Assembly (NCBI GenBank): GCA_020137815.1
Contig: CM035352.1
Coordinates: forward strand, 5,270,001 to 5,334,000
Reading direction: 5' to 3'
DNA from: Hormiphora californensis
Taxonomy: Eukaryota > Animalia > Ctenophora
DNA: 64,000 bases
Shown here: positions 21,901 through 33,834 of the stretch, in pieces
Position numbering within the stretch: position 1 is the first letter of the stretch
Layout: each line of letters starts with the position of its first letter
Notes under the pieces: model-generated
What the model saw: only the letters and a program-made list of their open reading frames with translations
Told to the model about the DNA's origin: nothing
The model's database searches: none
Position numbers and translations under genes: made by a program

Positions 21901-23930
21901 ATTATGAAATTGACGTACAATATAACATTCATAGGTCGTGACTCGTGAGTATAAACGAGGCATGAAAAACAACACGACAACAAACCCAGCCAGGGAATAG
22001 TGATCAAGTGAAATAAGAGACGATAAATAACGGTCTCTCTAATTAGGATCGAACGAACATGATCCTATATTGAGTAAAGGACAGTAATTCACTGTGATGG
22101 AACTAATTATAATATTCGGACCCCGATTTACCAGAACCCCGATTTACAGGGCGGATAAATTTCCGCTATACCCCCCCCCCCCCCCCCCGGTGTCCTGGTA
22201 AATGGGGGGGTCCAACTAAGTATCATATGCATGGAAGGATATGATGCACAACATAAACTGGAGTGATATAATAGAGCCGTGTAATAACAAGGCGTGTGCA
22301 AGATAGCTTGTGAGTGTATGTCATCGCCCAGTTCTGCAGTAGAGAGCTTTGATTGTTTGTGTGCAGCTACATTATATATATATCATGTATTTCATATATG
22401 TAGTACATTTATACAGTACAGTTATACACTACATTTATACAATACATACACAGTACACTTTCCAAGGACAGAGTGCAACAATTTAAACATCCAACTCTAT
22501 TTCTCACACACAGGCCAACAATACATTGTGCTATACTGACACAAGAATTCCACAATTTTACTAAGACAGCATTTACCTGACTTTAACGGGGCTGTATCGG
22601 CCAAAATGGGATTCCAGATCCTCAGAGGTGATATTGTTGTCCAGATTTCTAACTGCAGAGAGAGAGATCACTTTTATAAAGTCCAGTATCGGTATGAAAC
22701 ACAGTGTGTCTGTCTCTGTCAACACTAGCCGATACACAGTTTTGTGTGTGTGTAATGGATAGTGTGTGAACTGTGACACACAGTGTGAGTTCTACCCGGG
22801 CAAATACCAACCAGGCACATACCAACCAGGCACATACCATATATGGAGTTGGATGGAGTGTTCTCGTGCTGACCTGAAAACAATTGGTAGTTAGGCTTTC
22901 TAACAAAACCACTCAAAAGCAATAGCTAGCTATAATTGCAGTAAACAAAAATAGTGATGGACTCTTGATTTATCCAACTCCCCTCGGCACTGATACTCAG
23001 TTATCTACTCACGTCTGTGGTGTCCATGGTAACCCCCATGGTGACCGTGATGAAGATGGTTTTGGTTATGTGCGTACCAGGGGGGTTGTTTAGTATTGAA
23101 CTGAACCTGGGGGGAATAGGGTTATAATATTCAATTCACCTGAGTTAGTTTAATAGAATCTCATTCCAATTAGGATGGCAAAAGCACTGAAATAATAAAT
23201 TAATGGACTTGTTTTTGGTATGTCCTGACAGGACAGAGTACTCAACAAGGTCGAAACCCTGGAGTGGTACAAATTAATGCATATCATCAGGTTGAAATAA
23301 TAAATTACATACATTGAATTGTACCTTAATCTTTGTCTCTCGTAGCTGATACCCATTCAGATGTTTCACTGCTTCCTTAGCGTGGGCCGGGTCAGTATAC
23401 TCTATGAAGGCGTGACCCTTGTTCTTGTTGGAGTTTTCACTCATCATTAGTCTAGATTGAGGGGATAAGAGTTAATTTGCAGGAAAAAGGAGAGAATTTT
23501 GAATTGCTATAATTTGCGGGCTAACAAGAAAGGTTCTGGGCTCATTTAATATGTAAAACTTACTTTACTTTGGCAGGACCGTATTTGTGGAAAATATCCT
23601 TTAGTTCATTTTCTGTCGTATCGTAGAAAATGTTAAATACTGAAAAAAATGAATTTGAAACAAGATTTATAAAGAAACAGAATATCTACATTCTACAATA
23701 TCACTTTTGACTGCCAAACTGTCATGCAATTAGATCAGTACATGGATCCTCCCTAAAGACTTACCAAATAGTGCACGTTCATGAAAGGTTTGGTCTAACG
23801 TTTTGTCTGAAAAGAGAATTGGCGTAATAAATACTGACCGTAGAATGAATAGGGATGGATTAATCTTACCATTCGAATATTGTGGTGATACTGTGCTCTT
23901 TAAAAGATTATCTGTTATAATATCGGTCAT
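15978..23930 (-). CDS. Triple-RRM RNA-binding protein with coiled coil and long P/Q/N/H-rich C-terminus (~21 exons)
   Basis: Phase-consistent GT-AG chain from ATG 23930. RRM1 (FNIFYDTTENELKDIF..KGHAFIEY), RRM2 (VRNLDNNITSEDL..KGYAFVDF), coiled coil 20549-19856, RRM3 (RVFVGGVN..KGFGFVSF), LPDDPKLVEFFYNLG, then low-complexity exons and TGA at 15978-15980. Confidence 0.75.
17608..17735. repeat. Perfect 128-bp spacerless palindrome in an intron
   Basis: gtccttcaaaatc...catctgtca|tgacagatg...gattttgaaggac, centre 17671/17672. Confidence 0.9.
22116..22216. mobile_element. Degenerate pogo/Tigger-like MITE
   Basis: tcggaccccgatttacc..ccccgatttac..ggtaaatggggggtcc. Confidence 0.6.
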
Positions 23931-23939
23931 TCCCTGAAA

Positions 23940-24990
23940 CTTTCGTCAGAGAATCAGATCTGATTAAAGAATGATCCAGTATCCACAGAAGAGAATGCAG
24001 ACAAATCAATGTCCCAATCGGATAAAAGATTTCTTACTGTTTAGACGGCAGTGACAGCCAGGGTCGCTTTGTGACAGAAGTAGACTCCCTTAAATCGGAG
24101 GTTTTAATCACTCTCAGATCAAAAGGTTGGTTTACAAGCGCTACAGATGAAGTTTGACACAGACCTCAGCACAGATTTCTTGTCACTTTCCGAAATCTCG
24201 GATTTGACAATTTTTGATCCAAAAACTGAGAAACTGAGATTTTAAATTTATTGTTGAGTGCAAAATCGACGAAGTATAAAATGGAACGCGCGAACTTTTG
24301 CAATTCTGCGATGCTTTTGTCAAAAAGCCGCGCGATCCGAGTTTAAAATCTTTAAACTGGTCAAAACTGATTTTGTTTTTTTATCGTGTGTTTTTCGTTT
24401 TGTGTTCCAATTTCCGTGTTTCTTCCTCGCTTAAGTTCCCGTTTTACTCTCTCGACCATAATCAAAGCAAATAAAACCCTTCATATCAATCGAATGGAGG
24501 ATCCACCACCAGGTTCTTAACTTTTGACCGTCCTGGGTCTTTCGGTAAGCGGTCGACGGTCACTTCATTTACTATCGGCTGCCCACTTCTCACAACAGTG
24601 ACCTTATACGTTAGATACGTTCACGATCCTGCTTGACTGGACCAATTCCCTGACATTCCACCTGGGTTATCCGAAACAACAAATCTATCATAGACTGGCT
24701 TTTAGAGGTTCGAGAGTTGAGCGAAATGGGAATGATGTAGACTGACCACCGCCCACTGACAAACATAAGCTATCAAAGTAAACAACCTAATGGAGACTGC
24801 TGCCCCTTGACACTGCATACGCCAGAATAGATAATAAACTTGAATTTTGTTACTCGTGCCTTGGTACAAATTTGCTAACAGTAAAGTTGTTTGAAATTTG
24901 AATGTAGATTTATGTTATTAATTTACTCAGTAACTGCGGTTTTCCACACAATACATAATACAAAGCCTGATATCAGTCCGTAACCAGTTT
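23940..24990. promoter_or_regulatory. Probable shared/bidirectional upstream region of the head-to-head RRM and SDF2 genes
   Basis: Divergent orientation with ~1.07 kb between the ATGs; no specific motif identified. Confidence 0.3.
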
Positions 24991-25000
24991 TCCATGCAGG

Positions 25001-26005
25001 ATGATCTTGGTATTCCTGTCCCTCATTTTGGAGCTTGTCTCCGGTACCGAGTTAGTGACCTGCACTAGCATGATCAAACTCCAGAACCTTCAGCGGGGTG
25101 TTCGCCTCCACTCTCACGGGGTGAAATATGGCAGTGGCAGTGGACAGCAGTCTGTTACTGGTGAGTCGGTGTGTGTACTGTGTGTGTTATTCTTTGTTAC
25201 ACTTACAACACTTCCCCCTTCACGCTTTTGATTTAGCTTGTTTCAGCTGGAAAATCACCAATGATTTATACTCTCAATCGACATTTAATGTTATTTGTCA
25301 GCTAAGAGAGTGTGTAAGAGACCTGTAGAGGTTCCGTTTTCCTAGCAAATATGAGGGCAATATTGACAGTCAAGTTATTTTAATCAGAATTATTAAAAAA
25401 ATAATCCCATTCTATTTATCGGTCCATCGTACACCCCCTTCCCTTACCCAGGTGTGCCCGATGGAGATGATGTCAACAGTTATTGGACCATTCTATCAGG
25501 GTCCACTAAACCTGCCTGTGCCCGGGGTGACGAGATCAAATGTGGTGGAGTTATCAGACTTCAACACGCCCAAACTGGGAAGAATCTTCACAGCCACCTC
25601 TTTACTGCACCCATTACCAACCACATGCAAGAGGTAATGGACTAGTGGAGCCCCTTTTGAAGGGGGAAACTCTTTTTATATTATTACCTCACATACATAA
25701 AGAGCAAGTTTTCAAGAAAGAATCTCTGTATATTTAACTCAACCCCCCCCCCCCTATATTTAACTCAACCCCCCCCCCCCCCCCAGGTATCCGCATTTGG
25801 GGAGGAGGGAAAGGGAGATGCTGGTGACGACTGGCAGGTAGTGTGCTCTACAGACGTCTGGTTGCAGTCCTCCCCCGTCCGACTCAAGCACCTTGCTACC
25901 TCCAAATACCTGAGTGTTAGTGGGGCAACATTTGGTCACCCCATCCCTGGGCAATACGAAATAACAGGTAGAGTCTACATTATATACACTTCCTGCTCTC
26001 ACTAA

Positions 26006-26078
<73 letters not shown>

Positions 26079-26351
26079 TGCTTTTTCGCAGTGGTGGACT
26101 ATAATACCTGTCGTTGTACGTGTAACTTTGTTCTCTCACCTTCAGTAAACTTCTTCCGGATTCCGCGAACCGGTCGTTTTAAATTACCTACCTCAATTTA
26201 CCTAGATATCTTCCCATAACCACACCTTTTTACTAACCCATCCCCCTCCTCAGCCCATACCTCCTTGTCTGATGGATCTCTCTGGAGGCCTACTGAATCT
26301 ATAATGTTTGTCAGTGGATCTGATGATAACTCTCTACACGACGAGTTGTAA
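25001..26351 (+). CDS. SDF2: Stromal cell-derived factor 2-like (MIR domains, ER-resident, HDEL)
   Basis: Exons 25001-25160, 25452-25633, 25787-25967, 26254-26351: signal peptide, VTCTSMIKL..RLHSHGVKYGSGSGQQSVTG, IRLQH..TGKNLHSH, EVSAFGEEGKGDAGDDW; ends HDEL*. Confidence 0.92.
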
Positions 26352-26876
26352 CATGTAACATAGTGGGTGTGACATGACGAGTTGTAACATGTAACATAGT
26401 GTGGGTGTGACATGCATGTTGTGACACAGAGTGTTATATATCAGAACTCTTATCATGAGCTGTTGAGTGGGTCTACTATTGTAATTTATATAATATTGTT
26501 TGTGCGTTGTTCAGCTACTGTTGAGATTTACCTATTTGAGTTTCAGGGTTATAACTGTAGTTTTATTATCCTATATCATACCATGGCCTGAATCCTAAAG
26601 TGCGTTAGAAAAAGTGTGGGTAGAGTGAACAATTGATTGAGAGGGGTTGTGAAGTGAGAGGTGTGCGGCAATTGCAGTGTAACACACCCTTGTGTTGATC
26701 AAGTTATCACTACCTGGATCAGGTTTCCATCCGCTACCCCCCTCCAGTCCCCACACTTTCTCAAGTGAGTGGAGGTGTGAGGTGCTATTGTTCCCACATT
26801 CTTCTCCTACTGGAATGCTATCTCCACAGAATTCTAACATTTTCACATTTTAAGCGCACTATGACATGAAGAGAGG

Positions 26877-29800
26877 ATGAGGGATAGATCGGCTTTCTTC
26901 AGAGCGGTAAGTGCGCAACACCATATATGGGCATCACGTGACACGTATATAGCTGTTATTGTATTTGGGGGGTGTTAGGTACCGAGCAGTACATTAATTG
27001 ACATTGCCCACTGCTGTCCCACTTTTCAGGTCTTATTGGTATAACACTAGGTCAGCCGTTCCGACCTGCACTTCCCTTTCTACCTTGCTGGTCTATCTCA
27101 ATCTTCTTCTCTTGCCCATCTGTTACATGTTGCTGGTCAAAACTCCCTCCATCTCTCTTTTTTGCTGAATAGTAGAGTCGATAACTACATCGACCTCTCC
27201 CAATTGTTCCAGTTTTTGTCACATCTGTTTGGAGCCTCGACACGACCTCTAAACAGGTGTTAGTTTTTCACAAACTGTTTTCATCTTGGTGTAATCAGCA
27301 GTTGAAATGTTGTTGATCATAACAAAAACCTAACTATTTTTTTTCAACTTGGGGTAAAACCATGGGTGTCAAAAGTTAGCTCTAGGTCCCCTGAGTAACC
27401 ATCCGGAGACTCTAAGAGATATTTCAAGCCGTTCTCCCGTAATCATTAATCCCGGTGGAGAAAAAAATACAATGCGGACGTACGTGAGCGCTGGCAGGCT
27501 GTTTACATGTTATTGTATGTCTCTCACTCTCTCTGGAAAAACCGCACGTGCGGTTGCGCCGCGCGAGATAACTCTTTCTCAAGGGGGAGAAAAGAGAGAG
27601 ACGCACATTAACGTTATACATTAAAGTTGAGGTTGTAGGCAATTGCACGTACGTCCATACTCAAATATGTGCTCTACCGGGATTAATGATTACAGGAGAA
27701 CGGCTTGAAATATCTCTTAGAGTCTCCGGATGGTTACTCAGGGGACCTAGAGCTAACTTTTGACACCCATGGTTTTACCCCAAGTTGAAAAAAAATAGTT
27801 AGGTTTTTGTTATGATCAACAACATTTCAACTGCTGATTACACCAAGATGAAAACAGTTTGTGAAAAAGTAGCACCTGCTTAGAGGTCGTGTCGAGGCTC
27901 CAAACAGATGTAACAAAAACTGGAACAATTGGGAGGGGTCGATGTAGTTATCGACTCTACTAGAATCTTTCATCATCTCTTTCTTTTAGTTGACATTATA
28001 TATCCCTCTTTATCCCTTTCTCTTTGCTGACATTATCATCCACTATCTCCCCTCCCCTTCTTTGTTCTCGCGGTTAGTGACCCCTTCGCTCCCAGGAGCG
28101 ACAAACCAATGGTGAAATATCCTCACTCACCTATGCCAACCTCGCCTCTGTAAGTTCCCTTTCCCTTTGATTCGCTGAAAACTTTAAACAGATTCCCACG
28201 CAATTCAATAATATATCTGGTACGCGATTTAACCAGACCTGCAATTTATAATGGGCTATACAGTCGGACCCCGATTTAACGGCACCCTCGGGGGAAAGAG
28301 TTTTGTCCGTTAAATCGGGGTGTCCGTTAAATCGGGGTAGAGCATATTTGGCCTATAAAACCCTATTTTTGTCCAAAATGCTATACTAAAACACCTCTAA
28401 GTGTTAAATGCAATGTCCATGAATTGATTACATGATCATTTCTGATTAGAAAAAAAATTCAAAATTTTCAAAAAAAGTTATAAAAATTTCAACCACGTCT
28501 GAATCGTTTATCGAATCAGTGCATCTTATCGCATCTCCTGTCGCTAATTAGACGGTTCGAAACGAACCGATACGTGATACCATGCCGAATCGGGGCACTT
28601 TAAGCGGGGTGAGGAAGAATTTGAATTTAAAATATCTTTTTCTCTGAAAATTCATGGGGAGCACCGATCAAAGCATTACCAATCATTCTGTAAAATTTTG
28701 CAAAAAAAGTTTATGAAAATTTTTCAAAGGTATATCAACCACGTCCGAATCGTGTTTCGAATCAGTGCATCTTATCGCACGTCCTGTCGCTAATGAGACG
28801 GTTCGAAACGATCTGATACGTGATCCCCATGGAGCCAGTTTAACAAGTGTCAAAATTGCGATTCGATGGGTCTCATGGGGATCACATATCTGTTCGAACC
28901 GTCTAATTACCGGCAAGACATGCAATAAGATGCACCGATTCGAAACACGATTCGGACGTGGTTGATATACCTTTGAAAAATTTTCAAAAATTTTCAAAAA
29001 AATTCCAAAAAAAATTTTTGGGGGAAATTTATCCTGCCGTTAAATCGGGGTGCCGCTAAATCGGGGGCCGTTAAATCGGGGTCCGACTGTATTACTTTCT
29101 AATGATCTAATAATTAAGAACTCTTCCGATTTTGTGATACCTCCTTTAAAACGTTTTCTCTTTCGTTGTAACATATATCCCCTTTCCAATTCCCCGTTCC
29201 CCTCATTTTAAATCTTTCTTCCCGAGTTTCCTATCCATGGCATTCTGCCGTGTTACCCCACCACTCCCCGGCCCCATACCTCCAGAATGCACCCTTGCCC
29301 CCTCCACCACTCCCCGGCCCCGTACCTCCAGAATACACCTTTCCCCCCCCCTGGCAATGCCCCCTCCTCCTGATCTCACACTGCCTCTCTTCCAGCGAGT
29401 TGAGGAACATGATAGCACGGAGGGGAGGGGTGCCCGACCACATGATGTTGAACAAGCCGCGGGGGAAGGAAACATGGCAGAAATGAAATCTTTCCTGAAG
29501 GAGGCTCAGCAAGTCAGAGAGAAGATCGTTATGATTGAGAGTTTAGTGACACAAATCAAGGCCTGCCACCAGACAATAACGGGGGAGGCAGCTCGAAATG
29601 AGGGTGAGTGTTTGGAAGTGAGGGGGTGAAATGTAGTAGCCATTAGATGCGAGTTATAGGGGGTTAGAGGGAGAAAAGTGGAGACAGTTTATATGAGGAC
29701 AATGTGTAATAGGTTTTACAGCCCTTACACTGCAGCAGGGTTATATAACTTGTTCCCCCAAACAACAATGACATGCAATGTAGGATTTTATTATGGCTAT

Positions 29801-32727
29801 AAGTTGTACCTGAAAACTTATAACACGAGACCGAAGGTCGAGTGTTATAAGTGCAACAATAATGATCCGAGACCACAGGTCGCGGCAGATTCTTGTACTT
29901 TAGTGCACGAGCCTGCGAGTGCCACTAAGTGTAACTACCTCACGAGCCTGCGAGTGATGTAGTTTTACTTTTTGACCGAGCCTGCGAGGTCTAAAAGTGT
30001 AAGAATCTGGGACATTATTGTTGACGTCAGGTACAACGAAAATAGGCATAATAAAATTGCATTGTAAAATTTTTAAAACAAGAGTGAGAGACACTTTAGG
30101 GCGTAACAATAGAGCGAATTCATGATATGGTAGCAGGCAGAGATATCAGTATAAGATAAGATAACGCCTGAGATAGGTAAAGAGAGTGAGAGATTAGTGA
30201 GAGTGAGAGAGATAAAGAATGTGTGGGACGTGGGTCCGGGAGTTCGTAACTGTTATCTTGATCTCGGTGCTGCAACGGCTTGACAGTGTGAGAGAAGAAA
30301 GAGAGAGAGAGGGAGGGAGTTCGTAAATGCTTATGTTTCTAACGGTTTTTAAGTGTGACAGAAACAGTGGAGTAAGGGGTTCTAAGTGGAGCAGTGTTAT
30401 AAGTTTTCATGTATCACTGCTAGCAGTTATACATGAAAACTTATAACACTGCCAGCAGTTATACATGAAAACTTATAACACTGCGCAGTGTTATAAGTTG
30501 TACAAGCAGTGCTACCTAAAGAATTATATTATATCTCAAAATTTTACAATGCTAATAATAAAGTGGTATGAGATGTATGCCCGTATATGGTCATTGCACA
30601 TTGATCACAACTCCCTATTTTTAGAGGTTCACGAGAAACTAAGTCAGACTATGGATGAGATCAAGCTGAATTTTGATAACGCTAAAAAGAGGATCAACGC
30701 CATGGAGAAAATGTCCAAAGTAAGTGACATCAGAATTCTAGGGGCTGCTTACCAGCGCTCAGTAGGCCAATATCAAAACACACTTTTCCTGCACTTCGTA
30801 TCAAATATTGCTTACTCCAGGGCCTTATCGGAAGATCAGAAAGATAAAAAGAAGAGGCCAGCAGACACGAGAATAATGCAGACACAGTGTTCAGCGGTGG
30901 AACAGTGGTTTTTTGAGACGTGGATAGATTATAATGCGTGCCAGAGTGATTATAGGGAGACTTGCAAGGACCATCTTACTCGGCAAATCAATATCAGTAA
31001 GTTGGCGTGAGGGGAGAGTGGGATTTGATGAGGTCATTCAATTCCATATTTCTCTGTGTGCTAGTGCTAACAATCCATCTCTCCCATTTGCAGCGGAAAA
31101 AGACATTTCTCAGGAACAGATCAACGAGATGGTAGAAAATGGAAACTTTTCTGTGTTTTCTTACAATGTAAGTACCTTTCAATGCAATGGTGTACTGTGA
31201 GATACTCTATCTCTCCCTCCCTTTCTCCCTTGCGTTTAACCCATTGACCACCTTGTTGCCAGTTCTCTGGGCGTCGTGTTCACCACTGATTTTGTTCCAG
31301 GCGCAATTCCAGCAGAAAGACATCCAGGAACTAGAAAATCGACACCAAGATATCACGAAACTTGCTGAAAGTTTAAAGGTACGACTTTATTATATAAGGA
31401 GGGAGTGTTCTATCTCTCGGCTTTCCATCTCTCTCTCCCCCTCTCCTTCTATAGCACTCTCTCCTCCTCCCTATCTTTGTTTTCTTGTCTTTCGGCGCCA
31501 TCTCCGCGACACCTGCTTCCATCGCAGCTTAAATATTTCTTTTATACATTCACCCTGCGAACGAACAAAGAGTTTCCTTCCGCAATATAATGGGGAGCTA
31601 GAGATACGGAAAATATCCTGAAAATATTCTTCAATCATGGCTTGTTCTCTTTTCCATTTCTACATCCCTCTCTAGTCTCTAACCCCCCTCTCCTAGTCTC
31701 TAACCCCCACTCTAGTCTCTAACCCCTCTCTCTCTCTCTCTAGTCTCTAACCCCCTCTCTCTAGTCTCTACCCCATCTCTCTCTCTCTCTAGTCTCTACC
31801 CCCTCTCTCTCTCTCTCTAGTCTCTACCCCCTCTCTCTAGTCTCTAAACCCCCTCTACCTGATCTCTAACCCCCCCTCTCTCTCTCTAGTCTCTAACCCC
31901 CCTCTCCCTAGTCTCTAACCCCCCTCTCTCTCTAGTCTCTAAACCCCCCTCTCTCTAGTCTCTCCCCCCCTCTCTCTCTAGTTTCTAAACCCCCTCTCTC
32001 TAGTCTCTAAACCCCCTCTCTCTCTAGTCTCTAAACCCCCCTCTCTCTAGTCTCTAAACCCCTCTCTCTCTAGTCTCTAACCCCTCTCTCTCTAGTCTCT
32101 AACCCCCCTCTCTCTAGTCTCTAACCCCCCCCACTCTCTCTAGTCTCTAACCCCTCTCTCTCTAGTCTCTAACCCCTCTCTCTCTAGTCTCTAACCCCCC
32201 CTCTCTCTAGTCTCTAACCCCCCACTCTCTCTAGTCTCTACCCCCTCTCTCTCTCTAGTCTCTAACCCCTCTCCCTGATCTCTAACCCCACCCCCCACTC
32301 TTGCAGCAACTACACGAGATGTTCAAGGACCTAGCCTTGATGGTGGAGCAGCAGGGTGCCATGCTCAACAACATCGAGAAGAATATCAACGATGCTTGGG
32401 AGTATGTAAATGAAGCCGAGAGGATAACTAGTGAAGCTAAGGACTACACAAACCAAGTCAGAAAGGTATATGTTCCAAAAGTGCCATCTACAATCAACAG
32501 CACTCTTCCCCACGCCCCTGAACAAAACAACATCACTCCCTCTGATATCTCCAGGCTGTAGACTGTTATATCCGGTCATTTCTAACTAATTTCTAACACA
32601 TTTCTAATACATTTCTAACACATTTCCCTCCTTTCAGAAAAAGGCAATCTGCATAGGAGTGATAGCATTGATTCTTGTTGTGATAGCGATTGTTATTATT
32701 ATTGTTATTAAAATTCAGAATGGCTAG
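26877..32727 (+). CDS. Syntaxin-1-like plasma-membrane Qa-SNARE
   Basis: Exons 26877-26906 (N-peptide MRDRSAFFRA), 29396-29604, 30625-30719, 30821-30996, 31094-31167, 31301-31378, 32307-32465 (LHEMFKDLALMVEQQGAMLNNIE) and 32638-32727 (TM anchor). One phase mismatch across intron 30720-30820. Confidence 0.9.
27170..27962. mobile_element. Fold-back MITE with ~285-bp arms, Academ-like termini
   Basis: gaa|TAGTAGAGTCGATAAC...GTTATCGACTCTACTA|gaa (3-bp TSD, TAG..CTA); arms differ at a few sites. Confidence 0.85.
28261..29089. mobile_element. Longer member (829 bp) of the pogo/Tigger-like MITE family
   Basis: Same TIRs as 7977-8148 with TA TSD; internal duplicated and inverted blocks; no transposase ORF. 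Confidence 0.9.
29779..30551. mobile_element. Uninterrupted copy of the hairpin-rich element
   Basis: High identity to the 9327-12452 backbone. Confidence 0.85.
31665..32290. repeat. ~20-25-bp minisatellite (ctctctagtctctaacccc)n in a syntaxin intron
   Basis: Direct reading; roughly 25 variable units. Confidence 0.92.
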
Positions 32728-33834
32728 TGGGACATTTAAGTTCTATATGTGATCACTGACGCACCTTTAATTAGTAGCTACTTATTGTGTCCCATATGTA
32801 TGTACTCTCCCTCTGTGTTACTATTGATTTTGATTAGGGAGAGAGAGAGACTAGAGAGAGAGAGCGTTATTTAACGATATTTCATTTCACTGTGTATGTC
32901 TTTAGCATACACTTCGCTCAGGGGTTATGTGTGTATTATGATTGTGTGTGATTGACTTGTAATTGGGGGTGCTCTGTATAATAGTGCTGGACACTTTGAA
33001 CAAGGATCTACTGAGCCACACTTTTTGGGGGCTGTCGCTGCATTTTTGATTATTGAGAGTAAAACTATTTTTGTACCGAGAGGCTTCAACAAGAGATACC
33101 AGCCTACAACAACAACTACATTTTGTTCCAATCGTTGTTATAAATTAATGATATTCTCATTACAACATTTTCCCTGTTTATTTGAGCTGTCCAAGATTAA
33201 GAGTTTCATGTTTGACTGGTTGGAACGCGCCCACCTCCCATCATTGTGCAGAGTGCACCAGTATGCGCGCGGAATCAGCCTTCTAGCCAGTTGGTTGTGT
33301 GCTGAGAGATCGGGCAGCCGTCCTTGCACTACGTGTGATATCTCGTTCTGGTTTTATACTGGCTTACCCTGCACAGTGATGGGGGCTCGTTGGTGTCACA
33401 ATTGAAACACGGTGTCTAATTAAGGTGAAACAAAAATGCTGTTAATTGTGTATTTAAAATGTTCAACGTGTCTCTCTTTCTCAAGGACACACATGTATAC
33501 GTATTTTAGTTTCAGTACATGAGGTACCAGCCCCAAGTATTGCCATAAAATTTTAGTGGTCGCTCAGTCGTTAACTCATAAAATTCTCGAACCCTCTCAC
33601 TCTCCCTTTTAAGTCTTTACAATTTAAGCCACCAGTCACACTGTTTCAAGTTCATGTGGTGTAACAAAACTAAAAACTCTGTCCTGATCTTATTGAGACA
33701 TGAAGTCCAGGTCAGGCTGATAAAGTTACACCAGGACGTGTAGTCTGAATACAAGAAAAGTTTAAAAAATTCCGCGTTTAGTAACCAACCAGTTGCATCT
33801 TTGGAGGAGTTGATTTCTGATCTCTCTCCATTGT

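Noticed and set aside
30465-31010. 181-aa ORF as a single gene
   Set aside because: Chimera of a TE end, two syntaxin exons and an intron.
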